A stretch of DNA of 44,111 bases, taken from positions 310,001 through 354,111 of the forward strand of contig CT868665.1 of assembly GCA_000165425.1 (NCBI GenBank). The letters are read 5' to 3'. Each line of letters opens with the position of its first letter. Positions within the stretch are counted from its first letter, which is position 1. Source of the DNA: Paramecium tetraurelia. Taxonomy: Eukaryota. Made by a program: the position numbers and the translations under genes. The notes below the pieces were generated by a model. That model had not been told where the DNA came from. It saw only the letters and a list, made by a program, of their open reading frames with translations, and searched no databases. Shown in pieces: positions 42,501 through 44,111 of the stretch.

Positions 42501-42968
42501 NNNNNNNNNNNNNNNNNNNNNAAATCCATCTACCCTCATATTCTTAAGTGGATAATCACATCTTAGACTCATTGGACCCTTATTATTGTATATACTTACA
42601 TAATGCTCTAACCCTTAACTTTGCAAGTCAAAAACAATATATGAGATGACTGATATCTCATTGCCATTTGTCATTTGGTACAAAAATTACCCATTCTCTG
42701 CCAAAACTTTTCTGTAATCCCCCTATATTCTTGGATAACTTAAAGGATTCCATAAAGGTATGCATTAACTCCAAAACCCAAAAGAAAATGAATTACCCTT
42801 TGAAAAATCCATACCTGCAGAGTTGAAATAATGAACCTCTTGTGGGGCATCTTAACTCAATAATGAATTCTCATAGGTTTAATAAGGACATTCATTTTAT
42901 TTAACCAAGTAAAACTAAATTAGTAAGAATAAGTTGAACAATTCAATTCTCAATAGAAAATATTTCAT
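33550..42968 (-). CDS. Giant surface/transmembrane protein: signal peptide, furin-like Cys repeats, pectin-lyase-like beta-helix, C-terminal multi-TM domain
   Basis: MKYFLLRIELFNLFLLI start; CxxC repeats ~39600-41600; GGSIF/GGFLY/GGAIY/GGGIF turns; GFWRP..CLGG..CSRGHIGALCEQCD; SAILMKLLTNYLQI; YSLDC; GYLYIEY..YYWEIVKI..KPY. Spans the N gap, so continuity is inferred. Confidence 0.85.
42372..42520. other. Assembly gap (149 N)
   Basis: Run of N in the sequence. Confidence 1.
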
Positions 42969-44111
42969 TTCTAATATTTAAATTGATAATTATTATCACC
43001 ATTTAATGTTTGTAATTTAATTGATAATATATTCTCTAATATTTTCATTAATGAAACAGATAGTTTTTCAGACAAATGACAGATTTTCTTTTACTTAAAT
43101 TCCAAAATTTAACTTTATAATTTTATTAAAAATAAACTCAACCCATCTAATTTCCCTTTAATAATTATAACAATTAATTGTATCTCAATTAGTATTTTAA
43201 AATTATTAACATTAAATTAAAAGAAAAAATCCAAAAAAAATTAGAATTGTTACAGCCATAATTTCTAGTTTAATCTTTTTAAATCAGTGGATAACCTATC
43301 AAGAAAGTGGGGAAATCTGGATATATAAGATTAGCGACAGTAAATGTTTGTGGGATTTTAATCACTCTTATTGTGTAGATTTGAATTGATTCACTAATCA
43401 TTAAATATAAAACAAAAATTTGAGCCTTATCCAAATATTAATCAATTTAATAAGAAAGTGCTTTCTAAATAAAATCAATTTCACTTTAAAAAGACTTCTT
43501 TCCTTCACATCTTTTTCAATCTGATTTAATTACCTTCCTACATTATTTATCATCTATCCAAATTTACTCTGTATAACAAAATAAACCATTTATTTTCCCC
43601 CATTCAAATTGCATAATTATTCAGTTAAAAATTTCAACAGTTATTTGATGATATCAAATTTTTAAAAATTATTTTCAGGAATATGGCTTTTTGTGAAATG
43701 AAATAATCTGTAGCTACAATTATTTTAAATAATGATCAATTTAAAAAATTACTTTAAGTAGAGCTTTTATGATAATCCAAAAAAAACTTCGCTCTTAAAA
43801 AATTACATTGATGAAGATTAATTAGTATTGCATATTTAATGTAAAACAAAAGTAAGATCTCAACTATTCATAATTGAATATCTAATTTAGGTAGATTATA
43901 CTTGATACGAGTCACCAGATATCAAGTTAAAATATTTCTCTAAAGACTTTTTGAGAAACAATTATTTATGCTTAATGATCTCAAAATGGATGTTGAAGAA
44001 TGTGTCATTGTGAATGTCCCCTGAGTATCGCAAGTTCCACACTTGCTGAGCAGGAGTGTTTGAATATCTCTGTGTTGTCTATAAGGGGTAGGTTGAAGTT
44101 CCACAGGGGTC

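Noticed and set aside
42521..42560. Frame change near YEGRWI beside the N gap
   Set aside because: It lies at a contig edge where base errors are expected.

Overview
AT-rich, gene-dense ciliate macronuclear DNA, almost certainly Paramecium. Genes read through only with genetic code 6 (TAA/TAG=Gln, TGA=stop) and carry tiny 21-31 nt GT..AG introns, so the supplied standard-code ORF track is mostly fragments or antisense artefacts. Manual translation gives about 27 protein genes. Recognisable ones are a dual-specificity phosphatase, a calcium-dependent protein kinase (CDPK) broken by one extra base in its APE motif, a malectin-domain membrane protein, mitochondrial uS17, PCNA, LRRC49, IFT46, a ciliate COX6B-like protein, BLOC1S1, a tandem cNMP-binding protein, a trichocyst-matrix-like protein and a ~9.4 kb Cys-rich/beta-helix/multi-TM surface-protein gene spanning a 149-N gap. 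I found no rRNA, tRNA, CRISPR array, telomere or transposon. I cannot demonstrate a new multi-gene system. The best leads are the CCA-TGA-A +1 break in an otherwise intact CDPK, a small chromo/chromoshadow-like gene absent from the ORF track, overlapping convergent CDSs, stopless 3n introns in PCNA and IFT46, and a GC-rich self-complementary island at the right edge. All gene models and family calls were made by eye, without database searches.
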